From Mobula hypostoma (taxonomy: Eukaryota): a stretch of DNA of 64,000 nt. Location of the stretch: contig NC_086097.1 of assembly GCF_963921235.1 (NCBI RefSeq), positions 50,842,001 to 50,906,000 on the forward strand. Reading direction: 5' to 3'. Both the position numbers and the translations under genes were made by a program. Under the pieces are notes generated by a model, which worked only from the letters and a program-made list of their open reading frames with translations, made no database searches and was not told the origin of the DNA. Positions 12,325 through 25,523 of this stretch are shown here, piece by piece (position 1 is the first letter of the stretch; each line of letters starts with the position of its first letter).

Positions 12325-15300
12325 CACGGAGAATTGGCTGAAAGAAAATTATTGTCGGCAGCTTAGCATACAAGGATACACTTTATATCAAAAGGACAGG
12401 CAGGTAGGCAGAGGTGTGGGATGGGTTTGTTGGTAAAAGGTGAAGTTAAATCCTTAGAAAGAGATGACATAGGATTGGAAGACTTAGAGTCCTTGTGAGT
12501 AGAGCTAAGAAACTACAAGGGTAAAAAGACCTTAATGGGAGTAACAGGCCTCCAAACAGTAGCCAGGATGTGGGCTACAAATTGCAATTGAAAATAGAAA
12601 ATGCATGTAATAAGGGAGATGTTACAATAGTCATGGGGGATTTCAATATACAGGTAGATAGGGAAAATCATGTTGGTGCTGGATCCCAAGAGAGGGAGGT
12701 TGTAAAATGCCTATGACATGGCTTTTTAGAGCAGCTTGTGGTTACGCCCACTGGAGGAAAGGCAATTCTGGATTGGATGTTGTGTAATGAACCAGATTTG
12801 ATGAGGAATCTTAAGGTAAAGGAGGCAGTGATCATAAACTGATAGAATTCACCCAGCAGTTTGAGAGGAAGAAGTTAAAATCAGATATATCAGTATTACA
12901 ATGGAGTAAAGGGAATTACAGAGGCATAAGAGAGGAGATAGAAGGGAATGCGAGCAGGACTAACAGTAACAGTAGAGCTGCCCGGGCTGGAGTTCTCAGG
13001 AGTAGTACAGGAGAATCAGAATCATTGACAAATATTGTGAAAATTGTTGTTTTGTGACAGCAGTACAATGCAAAGCATAAACAAATACTGTGAGTTACAA
13101 TAATAAATAAATAAATAAATAAATAGTTCAAACGGGGAAGAGTGAGGTACAGTATTGTTCATCCGAAAGCAAAAGCATTCTGAAGGGAGGATGAGACAAC
13201 CATGGCTGACAAGGGAAGACAAAGATGGCATGAAATCAAAAGAAAGGGTATACAATATTGCAAAAACTAGTGCGAAGCTAGAGGATTGGAAACTTTTAAA
13301 AACTAACAGAAGGAAACTAAAAGAGCAATGGATGGAGAAAAGATGAAATTTGAAGATAAGCTAGTCAATAATATAATAGAGAATATTACATTTTTTCAGA
13401 TGTATAAAGAGTAAAAGAGAGGTTAGTATGCATATTCGACAGCTAGACAATGACTTTGGGAGACAAAGAAATGGCGGACAAACTTAGTAATTGTTTTGCA
13501 TCAGTGTCACTGGAGCAAAACAGCTGGAGTTTCTAGGAGCAATTCAGAAGGCGCAGGGATACGTCCCAAAAATGAAGAAGTATTCTAAAGAGAGATGAGG
13601 CAACCATGAGTGACAAAGGAGGTCAGAGACAGGATAAAAGCAAAAGAGAGGGCATGTAGTATAGCAAAAATTAGTGGAAAGTGAGAGGATTGGGAAGCTT
13701 TGAAAAACCAACAGAAGGCAACTAAAAAAAAATATAAGGAGAGAAAAGATAAAATATGAAGGTAAGCTAGTCAGATATATAAAGAGAAAACGAGAGGTGA
13801 GAATGGATATTGGACTGCTGGAAAATGACACTGGAGAGGTAGCAATGGGGGGACAAGGAAATGGCAGACGAGCGTAAGTACTTTGCACCATTCTTTACTA
13901 TGGAACATGCCAGCAGTATGCCAGAAATTTGACAGTGCTGGGACAGGGGTGAGTGTAATTGCTATCAATAAGGAGAAAATGCTTAGAAAGCTGTAAGGTC
14001 TGAAGGTAGGTAGGTCACCTAGACCAGATAGACTACTCTTCAGTGTTCTAATGGAGGTAGCTGAAGAAATTGTGGAGGCATTAGTAATGATCTTTAAAGA
14101 ATCACTAGATTATGGAATGATTCTGAAGGACTGGAAAATTGCAAATGTCACTACACTCTTTAATAACAGAGAAAGGCTGAAGAAGAAGGAAATTATCAAC
14201 CAGTTAGCCTGTCTTCAGTGGTTCGGAGGATGTTGGAATCCAATATTAAGGATGATGTTTTGGGCTACTTGTGGGCACTTGACAAAGTAGGCCAAAGTCA
14301 GCATGGTTTTCTAAAAGGGAAGTCTTGCCTGACAAATCCGTTGGAATTCTTTGAGGACATAACAGACAGAGTAGACAAAGGAGAGTCAGTGGATGTTGTT
14401 TATTTGGATTTTCAGAAGGCCTTTGAAAGGTGCTGCACATGAAATTGCTTAACAAGATAACAGCCCATGATATTACAAGAAAGATATTAGCATGGGTAGA
14501 AGATTGGCTGATTGCCAGGATGTATAGAGCTGGAATAAATAGGGCCTATTCTGGTTGGCTGCCGGTAACAAGTGGTGTTCCGCAGCGGTCGGTATTGTGA
14601 GTGCTTCTTTTGTTTTGGGTGGAGGGCAGGTGGTGCTGAGGAAGCAGGGAGTCTACAGAAGAACTTGGACATATTGGGAAAATGGGTGAATAAGTGGCAG
14701 ATGGAATATAGTGTAGGAAAGAGTATGGTCAGGTACTTCAGCAGAAGGCATAGACTATTTCCTAAACAGGAACTTCACAAATCAGAGGTGCAAAGTGACT
14801 TGGTAGTCTTTGTGCAGGTGTCTCCAAAGGTCAACTTGCAGGTCGAGTCGGTGGTGAGGAAGGCAAATGCAATGTTAGAATCATTTTGTGAGGACTAGGG
14901 TATAAGAGCAAGATGTGATGCTAAGGCTTTATAAGCAATTGTTCAGACCACACTTGGAGTATTGTGAGAACTTTGGGCCCCTTATCCAAAAAAAAGGTGT
15001 GCTGGCATTGGAGAAGGTTCAGAGGAAGTTCTTGACAATTATTCTTGGAATGGAAGTGTTAATGTATGAGTAGTGTTTGATGGCTCTGCCCCTGTATTCA
15101 CTGGAATTTACAAGAATGAAGGGGGATCTCATTGAAACCTATGAAAAAATTTAAAGGCCTAGACAGAATGGATGTGGAATGGATGTTTCCTATAATAGGA
15201 CTGGAGGCACAGCATTACAAAAGAGGGATGTCCAATTAGAACAGAGATGAGAAGGAACCTCTTTAGCCAGAAGGTGGTGAATCTGTGGATTTCCTTGCCA

Positions 15301-15490
15301 TGGATGGCTGTGGAGGCCAAGTCACTGAGTATATTTAAAGCAGATGTTGATAGGTTCCTGGTTCATCAGTGCATCAAAATTTACAGGGAGAAGGTAGGAG
15401 AATGGTGTTGAGAGGGATAACATATCAGCCATGATGGAATGGCAGAACAGACTCAGTGGATGGAGTGGCCTAATTCTGCTCTGGTGTCTC
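12325..15490 (+). mobile_element. Decayed CR1 LINE(s): endonuclease, RT and 3' end
   Basis: Fragments WKIANVT.LF, SQHGFLKGKSCLTN.LEFFE and VDVVYLDFQKAF, plus the CR1 tail ggcctaattctgctc. A segment is represented twice (13.15-13.4 and 13.57-13.8 kb). Confidence 0.85.
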
Positions 15491-16443
15491 ACGGAAAACA
15501 GTAATCAGGTTGAAGTCAAAACAAAGTATTGTCTATAGAGCAGCTTTGAAGATGATCTGTCTGTGAAAGCAAATGCTAGCTCACTACATCTGTTTTATTG
15601 CTGCTGGAGATGCAGTATAAGACAACAGTTGTTTAGTTTGAGTTGTTTCAGACAAGCTGACTCTTAAGTTGCTTATTTTAAGGAAGCTTACAAAACAAGA
15701 AAAACAAGATTTAGCATATCAATAACTGATGTGTTTATAGTTGGAACGGTTTTATGTACTCAAGGAAGTTCACTTTACAGCATTAGTTGAGGTCTATGTC
15801 TGTGAAGGGGCTTTTACACCATTTGTGTTAAAAGGATATCTGAAAAAATATCATATGTGTGTGAGGTCACCCAAGTGGAAGAAAAGGGTATCAGTGTAGA
15901 GATCAGTTCAGGTTTATTAGGAATGGAGTAAGGAGCATCAAGAAGAAACGTGGAATAAACACAGAGTGAATAAGAATCCATTCCTCCAGCTTCAGGTTCT
16001 GCGATACACAACATGTTCATCTGCATCACGGTATGTCTTTTTAGTTTATAAGAATTTACCTGTGTTTTAGAAATGCTTCATGTTTAGGAAATGCTTAGTA
16101 ATTTGGAAATGTTTAAGACGGATATCCTCTTTGTTTCAAAAGTGTTTCAAGAGTTTTGTTTGATTTAAACGTGTATCATCGTAAATAAATGAACTGTGTT
16201 TTAAACTACTTTGTTAGCAGGAAGTGTCTTTTCCTTGGTAGGGAGGGGACCCACCGCTGGAATAATGGCCATTAACAGCTAAACTCACTGTGGGGAATAA
16301 ATAGGGAAGTAAACTATTCTTTGATGATTGGGTAGTTATAGTATAACCTCCCTTTAGTGAGAATACTCATGACTATTTATATCTGACAGGGTTTAAGGTC
16401 TTCATCTGAGTTTCACAGTCAGCAAACCCAATACCATCACATT

Positions 16444-16539
16444 CGTCCTGACGAAGGGTCTCGGCCTGAAACGTCGACTGCACCTCTTCCTACAGATGCT
16501 GCTTGGCTTGCTGCGTTCACCAGCAACTTTGATGTGTGT
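16444..16539 (+). mobile_element. 96-bp Penelope-derived insertion made of a hammerhead plus 3' flank
   Basis: Nearly identical to 8155-8249. Perfect TSD taccatcacatt at 16432-16443 and 16540-16551. Confidence 0.9.
16445..16478 (+). ncRNA. Minimal type I hammerhead ribozyme (3-bp stem I)
   Basis: gtc-ctgacga-agg gtctcgg cct-gaaac-gtc-gac. Confidence 0.8.
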
Positions 16540-18384
16540 TACCATCACATTAGTTCTTTTTTCAGAATCATTAAAAATTTCTAATAATATATTAACATTA
16601 ATATCGCTTTAGTTATCTGTTTTTCATATTCCAGATATCTCATAACTCTGGAATTAAGAAGAGTCTGCTGAATATTTAGAATATCGTGAGGAATTAATTG
16701 CATTAGATAAATAAGAGTGAGTTTCTCCAAGAAAATGTTAATATAGGTTAAAGTTAAACTCTGTAATAAGTCACAATAAAATCTAAAAAGGTAAAGTGTT
16801 GTGGATCTAACACCAACTGTGAAGGAAGAAGCAGAGTTAACATTTCAGATCTAAAATATTAACCTGCTTTCTCTCTCTGTGAACACTATCTCACTTGCTG
16901 AGAATCTTCAGCATTTTGGCTTTTCATTTCCTCAAAGGTTACTGGGTCTGAGGATTAGTTCCACTAAATTAACTCCCCTCTCTTGGAGTTTATTCTTCTT
17001 AAATTAACTCTTTAAAAAATAAAGAGATAAAAGTGTCAAGTAACCAACATTATTAAATCTAATGTGTTTACTTGGTTGCAGAGCAACTCTGTCAATAGAA
17101 GATTTAATTTTGAAACAAAGGTTACTATATTAATGCAACTTTAATAGCCTCAGTCCAAACATGATGAAAAAAAAAGAGCCAACATATTTAATATGGAAAT
17201 ATAGCTACTTAGTTATATAATGTTTCATTATAACCTTAAATGGCATTAAAATTCAAACATAATTCTTCACAGGGCAATACCCTGAAGCACTAGAATCATT
17301 CCAGAGTGGTAGTGAAGAGTTTCCTTCTGCTGTTCCTCAACCCACTTTCCCAGTTGATCTAGATCCTGTTGTAACCTTAGGCAACCTTCTCCACTGTCCA
17401 CTACCTTTGGTGACATTTACTAATCATGCCAACTATATTCTCATTCAACTCATTAATGTGGATGATGAACAGCAGTGCACTCGTCACCAATACCTGTGGC
17501 ACAACACTAGTCCCAGGCCTCCATTACCACCATCTGAGTCCTTCCACCAAACCAATATTGTATCCCAGGCTTGCTCACCCTGAGTCCCATGCAATCTAAT
17601 CTTCGTCACTTGTCTACCAGGGGGAGGAGGAAGGGCCCTTGTCAAAGACCTTCCTGAAGCCAATGTAGACAAAATCTACCACCCTGTCCTCACCAATCCT
17701 CTTGGTCACTTCCTCAGGAAATGGAATCAAATTTTGCGAGACACCATTTTAGAGGAAGATTATGAATGGACATTTGTTGCTGCTGAGTCTTAAATCTGAA
17801 ATGGCCTGTAAATGTGTTTGTTTTTTTCCACAATAGTTATTTGAGAAATCCACCTAATTTATATTCCAGGAATTCAGTCTCCAGTATTAATTTTGATTTG
17901 CCCAATTTATATGTAGATTATACCTCCCATGATTATTATATTACCGTGATAAATGCCCTCCTGATTTCCTCAATTAAACTGCAACCTATCAAACTGATTC
18001 AAATTCTACAGCGCTATATCTGCTGAGCCAAGATCCAGCCTAACAAATGCCTTGCAACAGGGAAACCACACCTACCCTTTCTTTAACTTGTACTTCCTGG
18101 AATATTTAGTTCACACCTTTGGTCATTCCAGGACATGTTTCTATAAGGCAATTGGATCATAACCCATTGACGATGATTTGTGTTATTAATTCAACTACCT
18201 GACGCCACATGTACTTAGAGACAATGCCTTTAAATTTAGCTCTTCAATGTCTTTCTGCACTCTGCTGCTTTCCTTTGTTCCATCGACTACTTACCTTGCT
18301 TAGCTCATCTGTAACTCCAGTTTCGCTCATCTCCCTCCTGAGCTTCCTGTACTTTTTATATATAGAGTATTATTACAGAATTTA

Positions 18385-19720
18385 ACTTTCAAAGTTCAAA
18401 AAGAGCTCAAAAGTTCAAAATAAATTTATTATCAAGTATACCACATACAACCTCTTCTTGCAGGCATAATCACTAAATCCATAATAGAATAACAACCATA
18501 ATAGAATCAACTTGGGTGTTCAACCAGTGTGCAAAAGACAACCAAACTTTGCAAATACAAAAAGAACAATAAGTAAGCAATAAGTATTGACAACATGAGA
18601 CAAAGTGTCCTTGGAAGTGAGTCTATAAGTTGTGGGAACATTTTGTTGATGGAGCAAGTGAAGTTGAGTGAAGATGCCCCCTTTGGTTCAAGAGCCTGAT
18701 GGTTGAGGGGTAATAACTGTTCCTGAATCTGGTGCTGTGGGTCCTGAGGATCCTGTACCTTCTTCCTGATGGCAGCAGCAAGAGGAGAGCACGACCTAGG
18801 CAGTGGTAGTCCCTGCTTATGAATGCTGCTTTCCTGCTTTCCTGTGACAGTGCTTCACTCATGTAGATGTGCTCAATGTTGGGGAGGGCTTGACCTGTGA
18901 CGGACTGGGCCATATCTAGTACTTTTTGCAGGATTTTCCATTCAAGGGCATTGGTGTTTCCATACCAGACTGTGATGCAGCCAGTCAATATACTCTCCAC
19001 CACACATCTATAGAAGTTTGTCTAAGTTTTAGATGTCATGCAGAAATTTTGCAAACTCCTTAGGAAGTAGAGGTACTGCCATGCTCTGTTCGTAATCGTA
19101 CTTATGTGCTGAGCGCGGGACAGGTCCTCCGAAGTGATAACACTGAGGAAGTTAAAGCTGCTGGCCCCCTCCACCTCAGATTCTCTGACAAGGACTGGTG
19201 CATGGATCTCCAGTTTCCTTCTCACAAAATCAAAATCAGATCCTTGGTTTTGTTGACATTAAGTAAGAGGTTGATGTTACAGCACCATTCAGCCTGATTT
19301 TCAATTTTCAACCAAGATCTTTCAATCAAGGTCTTTAACCAGTTGCATATGCTGATCCATCACCACCTTTGATCCAGCCTACGACGGTGGCGTCGTCAAC
19401 AAAACTTGAATGTGTCATTGGAGCTGTGCTTAGCCACACAGTCACAAGTGTAAAGCAAGTACAGCAGGGGGCTAAGCACACAGCCTTGTGGTGCAGGTCT
19501 GCAAATGGAGATTGTGGAGGAGATGTTAATGATAAAAATTAAATGACTGGGGGTCTGCAAGTGAGGAAATGAAGGATCCAATTGTACAAGGAGGAATTGA
19601 GGCCAAGCTCTTGAAGTTTATTCATTAGTTCTGAAGGGATGATAGTATTGAATGCTGAGCTGTAGTCAATAAAGAGCATTCTGATGTATACCTTCAATCG
19701 ACAGTATACACTTTCCATGC
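18385..19720 (-). mobile_element. Rex1/Babar-like LINE remnant
   Basis: [31 protein letters not shown] and VESILTGCITVWYGN...LPSGRRYR...RFRNSYYP. (tttgaac)n tail. Confidence 0.85.
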
Positions 19721-21504
19721 CAAACAAGCTTAACTGTCCTGCTGAACATGAGTAAATGCCCCGCTGCGGATATTGGCTCCCTGCTTCTATGAAGGGTAAT
19801 GTGTGGTGGCACCATTTGTGCTTGGCCACTCTCCCACCCTGGGCAGCAGAGACAGTGAGGGTGCACGGCTGCTGTGTGTGATATGGCTGGGATATTTGGC
19901 GGGGGTGACTGCGTCTACTGCCTACCTCCTGTGTCCAGAGGTCTACCTGCACACTATCAATAAAGTGGTGGGCACAACAAGGTGAACATCAGGATAGCCT
20001 CATTCATGGAAAAATTACCAGCTGCGTCTCTGGAGAAGTGATCAGCATTGCACAGATGGGTTTCGGAGGAGAAGTAGGCTTTGATGGAAGCAACGCTTGT
20101 CCGGCAGCGTGCTCTAAGTGACTTGGTACTAAACCTCAAATTGCAAAGAAGAAGGTGGATTTAGATTTCAAGTTTGGGTGTGAACAGTTCTCATTACTAC
20201 AAAAAATAAGTTGATGAAAATGAAATCTGCAATGTCATCTCCAGAATAGCTTCTTGCGCATTAATCAATACTGAAAATTCCCCTAATCAAAGGGAGTATA
20301 TTTTGGAAGTGCACAAAGCCTTCTGTCACCCACTTTGTCAGTAGACTCCACCTGAAGGTGCGTGACCTGGTATTTATTTCTACATAACTACACCCCTCCC
20401 CCAAATCCATTAAACATATTCCAGTTTTGCGCATTTGCTGCCTGGACACATGAATCTGAAGTAAACCGGTGGGGGGGTGGGGAGGCTCATCAAAAAACAG
20501 TTTGTCTCAGATATCCGCCCATGGTTTGACACACCCATAAAATTTTACAACACACCTCAAATATAAAAAAAAGCAAACCATTTCATTACAAGTTGACACA
20601 TTTATTGTGAATGCCAACTTATTCTCAACAACAGGAAGAAAATAAATCATTGCTTGCCTTCGAAGTGGTAATTATTTGGCAGTTCTGTATTTGTATTACT
20701 GTATACTTTCAATAGCCAAACTAAGAAATATGTCATGTTAGAACAGATTCATCTCATGCCCAATAAACTAAAATAAATTATGTTTACATTCACAATGCAA
20801 TATTTCATGCAACTAGCAGTTGCTGACAAACATGTTCTGATTGTGCTACTTGGAAATTTGTTTTGTTGTTAGGTTGCTAGTCAACATCATGAATAAGAAT
20901 GAAGGCTAATGTACTGGACTAGGGAAACATGGGTTGGTATAAAACATGCTAAACTATCTTTGATTTTGCTATTTAGAAACTACCATATGGCATTACAAAA
21001 AATCCTTTAAGAATCTACAAGTCCTCACCCTTTTTAAAAGAAAATTGTCAATATGATACGTAACTGGGATAACAAGAAGAATCTTAATTACATACAATCC
21101 CATAGAGAGAATGGTATGAAAAGATGAACGTTCTTGGGAAAATGTTGTTCAAAATCTTCTGCTGACACTTAGCAAATGTTGCAAGAAGAAATGACACTGT
21201 TTAAAACATTAAAACAGGAAATAGCTTTAAAGTATTACACTATATGCGATCACCAATGCCAACAGAATGCTCAGTTATACAGCAGAAGGAGATTCATAAT
21301 TTATTGGTCTGGTGACACAAGTGTGACATTCTAGAAAGGACAACCGTATCCAAATTTGGGATCGCTTCTGAAAGGAAGTAGTCACTGGAAATTGTTCAAT
21401 AGGGAGCAATGAAGATCATGCTAAGACTAAAAACAATAGAGGATAGGCTAAGGCAGGCTCACTAGGAAGAAGAGAAAAACTAAGATAAAAATTGAATGGC
21501 ATAA

Positions 21505-21762
21505 TGAGTAGGGCTGCTGTCTCACAGCCCCGGGGACCTGTATTCAATCCTGACCTCTGGAGTTGTTTGTATGGACTTTCTCCCTGTAACCGTGCGGGTT
21601 GGTAGGTTCACTGGCCACTGTAAGTTGTTCTAGTGTGAAGACTCACGGTAGAATTGGGGGAGAATGAAACAGAATCAGAGTAGGATTAGTATAAATGTAC
21701 CGGTTAGCACAAACTCAATGGGCCAAAGGATCTGTTTCTAAGGTGTACGACTTCATGGCTCT
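21505..21762 (+). mobile_element. HE1-like SINE with CR1-type tail
   Basis: gctgctgtctcacagcccc...ttcaatcctgacctc head, partial V-like core, and tail atgggccaaaggatctgtttct. Confidence 0.6.
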
Positions 21763-21892
21763 AATTAGGAGGGAGGGAACAACCACAGAAGATGGTTTTA
21801 GTCTCTGTAAAGGGATAAACCCCTGAACCCCAGCATATGGACACAAGTGATATTGCCATTTATTGGCCAAAGTGCAAAACATATTCCTGGTA

Positions 21893-22082
21893 CAGAAAAA
21901 GGATCCAGTGCTTTCCCTGCGTATATGACAAGTAAATTCTTCTCAGGTTTCTAGGCCGGTACAGGGATTATCACCAACGTTTCAATGACAAACTCCGCAA
22001 TCCTCTTGGAAGCCAGCAGAGTTTGTTATCGAAACGTCGGTCATAATCAATACCTGTACCTGGCTGGAAGCCCGAGAAGAGT
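21893..22082. mobile_element. Short palindromic Penelope-end-like insertion (family B, copy 2)
   Basis: Inverted arms of ~55 bp. Perfect TSD atattcctggta at 21881-21892 and 22083-22094. Retains the hammerhead-like 3' half gagtttgttatc-gaaacgtc. Confidence 0.7.
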
Positions 22083-24214
22083 ATATTCCTGGTATTATTA
22101 TCATTAATAGAATCAACAAGATTAACTTTGAAAAGTACTTTATAGTTGATGTCTTAATTTGCCATAAACTAATAAAACCACATGCAAAATTTCTAGATTA
22201 AGATAATGACGGATTCAATGTTTTAGAAAGTCATCATTGACCTTGGATATTGCAGTCAGCAATAAAGAAACAGCTACTGGTATTTTTATTAAAAGGGACC
22301 CTTGAGTTTTAATTACCTTCACTGCACTGGTTTCCTTTAGTCCAATGTTGCCTTGAACCTAACACCCTCTACAGGGGATCTGTGGCTTTCAACAACAGAC
22401 AGGTAACGCAGCTAATTAGATCAAGTCATTCTCACAGATGACAGCCCAACCATCAAACAGTAAGAAATATAGATCACATTTGAATCATTGTAGAGAAACC
22501 AAATTAAAGATACGGAGGGAGTTAAGGAAAAATCATAGTGTAATAAAAATATTTTTAAAAATGTTCTGGAATAAATCTGTAAAAACTGATTTTCAAGTTA
22601 GTGAGTTGTCAACAGCATTACAGAGTTCAGGTTCAGTTAATTCTGACCAAATATGGTTTAATATTTTAATTGATCCTTACAGTTAGTGGATAAATAATTG
22701 AAATTCAAAGACAGGCAAAGAATAGTGAAGTAGGAAGTTATCACTGTAACCTTGTGTGTTTCTGACTTTAAATTCAATTATGGAGACCAGATGTTGTTAT
22801 CAGCTTTACACAACAATAACGCCAGCCTTGACACTATTACAACTGTAAATTCCAAGTCAGCATGGGTATTGCTAGCATCTACTGCCCAGTATTGGTTGAT
22901 AGAAGGCGACACTCATGTGGACTGTTATCTAAAGTTGTTCCTGTGGTGAGCAGTTTATTACAGCTTTAATAGACCAGAGTTCAATGAAGGCTCAATCACT
23001 TAGGTCCGGGTCTGGATGATATGAGACAGGGAATGTTTTGTTTTAGTTAAATGGGCATTTGTGAACCGGGTGTTGTTTTATGAAAATCAAGCTGCTTTAT
23101 TAATCATTCTACTGACATCAGCCATTAGCTAACTTGAATTGTATTTGAATATACATTCTCTGAGCTTGTCGAGCTTTCAAGATTGCGAGTGCGTATTATT
23201 AGTTTTGGAATGATAATATGAAAAATAATAACTTGCCCCTGTTTATGTTGAATAAAGGTTCCCAATTTAATTCAAATTTAACAATGAAATAGAGTGTGCT
23301 GAACAACAGATTACTACTGCTTACATTCTAACTCTTTTCCAACTCCATGGCTGTGTAGAAGTCATAGGGATGAGCCAGATGTCATCTGCTGGAGCATCTG
23401 AATTCCCACTCTGCTGATGCATTTAGTATAGAATTCACAGCAAAGCACAAATCCCCTCTGTTTCTTGCCAAGATTCAGGCATTACAATTACAACATTCAA
23501 AAGGGTTACCCATCCTGAGGTAAATGGTTCTTTACTTATAATTCATCTTAAGTTCTTAAATTATTAACAACACTAAGATTAGAAATTAGTTAATCATTTT
23601 AATTTCTTAAAACATAGATTTATTTGGACTTCTGATGTCTGGGCCTCAGAATTGGCTCCGTGGGGCCTAGCCATGGCTGCAGGAGAGTTTCTGCAGTCAG
23701 CGAGGGGGTCAGCTGGTACCAAAGAGCCACGGCAGCAAAGTGCGGCTGAACGCGGGTGTGAAGCCAAGACAGTGGGCATCATTCAGCATGATCCATTCAG
23801 ATACGTGTACGCATTTGTGTTCCCTTTAACTTAGAGATGCTTCACATCAAAGGAAAAATTATTTACCACTGAATTGAGAGACAAATTAGGCATCTGGACC
23901 TGCACAGTATGAACCTTCGTATATAGATCAATCTTGCTGGAATGGATACTCATAGTAGGTTTAATTTAGTGATAGTTTAGTTAAAGCATAGTTAATATAT
24001 TGTATTATTGCAAGGTTTATAATATGTCATACATCACATGATCAACTGAGTGGAGCAGGTTTAGGGGCAGAACTTGGAAATTTGAGGTCTAAGTAGCGAA
24101 AGGCATGGCAGACTCCAACACAGAGAAAACTGTGTGCAGTGATTCCAACTACATCTCCAGTACAGAGAAAGGATGGGGAGAAGTCATGGAAAAACCTGAA
24201 AACAAGGGCAAGAA

Positions 24215-25523
24215 TCTATATACTACTAAAACTCCCGCGCTCTGTTTGTGACCTCCAATTAGTGCAAACGGTGCATTACAGCAGCACTATTTTTGGCTAA
24301 ATCAACTTAAAATGCACTAACTTACAGAATGCAGGCAAAGTTCGGGGTTATATATTCCTATAAAATTGCTCACTCGCCAAAATCAACAGCCCCGCTTTCA
24401 CCCGAGAGCTGATGTCAGCCATGATGGAAACCACAACACATGCGCACGACCAGCCTCAGAAGCAACTCATGATGCTCTCAGCAGCGACACCTACCGGAGC
24501 AAAAGGGCAGGGCAGCTCTATTTTGAGCAGTCACATTCTGCTAATCACCATCAGCATGTGCAGGATTGGAACAGATCTAACTGCCACCCATCAATAAGAG
24601 ATAATTAAATCTTATTGTAATGACGTACTTCAAGGCACCCATAAAACCCTTTGTTGCAGTCAAAGGACAGCAGTGACTATATCACATCCATTTAGGAGAG
24701 TGCCAACCACATCATCAAGAATAATCAGAATCCTGGAGGTTTTCGTGTTACTGCTTTGTATCTTCTATCCAGCATTAGGGTAAAAAAAATGGTCAGCCTA
24801 ATTATGCTGCGTGGAAAGAGAAGGGGGACAATATGGTCAAGAGGTGACACCAAACATCATCAAGAAGCGGCAAGGAGAGGGAGAGAACAAGAATTGGATG
24901 AGGCCAGGGCCGCACGACTCCAGGATCAAAGAGTCAGAACAAAAAAGATGAAAGAAGAAGAGACAAAGGAGGAGAGGCATGCACGTCTCCAAAATGACAA
25001 CAACTGGCATAGAAGGAGGAGAGACGAAGAGACAAAGGAGCTGAGAAATGCACCTCTCCAGGATCAGAGACAAAGAACAAACAGCAAAAGAGATGAAGAG
25101 ACGAGGGATGAAAGGACTACACGTCTCCAGAATGACAAAAACAGTCACAGAAGGAGGAGAGAGGAAGAGACAAAGGAGCTGAGAAATGCACATCTCCAGG
25201 ATCAGAGACAAAGAATAAACAGCAGAAAAGATGAAGAGATGGGGGATGAAGGGGTTGCATGTCTCCAGAATGACAACGAGAGGCACAAGAGTGGCAGATA
25301 AACCAGAAATGATGCCATCAAAAGTGTCCTTCGTTAAATGAGGAGCAGCTGTATTTGCTTTGCTACACGTTGTTCTTCTTTAGTAAACTGAGGTTTTCTT
25401 CTTCAATTTCCAAAGCAAAGCGATACCAATAGCATTCAGGAAAATTTAATGTTTATTCTGGTCACATCAGACTGCACTACCCTTCTCTCAAAGGGTGCCC
25501 CAACGGGTCACCCCGTTGTCTAG
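24215..25523 (+). mobile_element. Non-autonomous Helitron
   Basis: Starts TC (tctatatactactaaaac) and ends CTAG (25520-25523). Inserted between A24214 and T25524 with no TSD. GC-rich subterminal hairpin gggtgccc-caac-gggtcaccc (25493-25513). Confidence 0.85.
24804..25301 (+). CDS. Helitron-borne ORF of six 23-aa STPR-like repeats (165 aa from ATG 24804; in-frame ATG also at 24789)
   Basis: Exact 23-aa period: EETKEERHARLQNDNNWHRRRRD / EETKELRNAPLQDQRQRTNSKRD / EETRDERTTRLQNDKNSHRRRRE / EETKELRNAHLQDQRQRINSRKD. Expression unknown. Confidence 0.5.
   Translation: MLRGKRRGTIWSRGDTKHHQEAARRGREQELDEARAARLQDQRVRTKKMKEEETKEERHARLQNDNNWHRRRRDEETKELRNAPLQDQRQRTNSKRDEETRDERTTRLQNDKNSHRRRREEETKELRNAHLQDQRQRINSRKDEEMGDEGVACLQNDNERHKSGR

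Noticed and set aside
15560..16280. Possible solo LTR (TATAA-like box, AATAAA, ends ...taaca)
   Set aside because: No clear TG start, TSD, second copy or internal domains visible.
19720..20140. GC-richer unexplained segment, possibly a transposon coding relic
   Set aside because: No motif could be recognised with confidence in any frame. It needs a TBLASTX or Dfam search.
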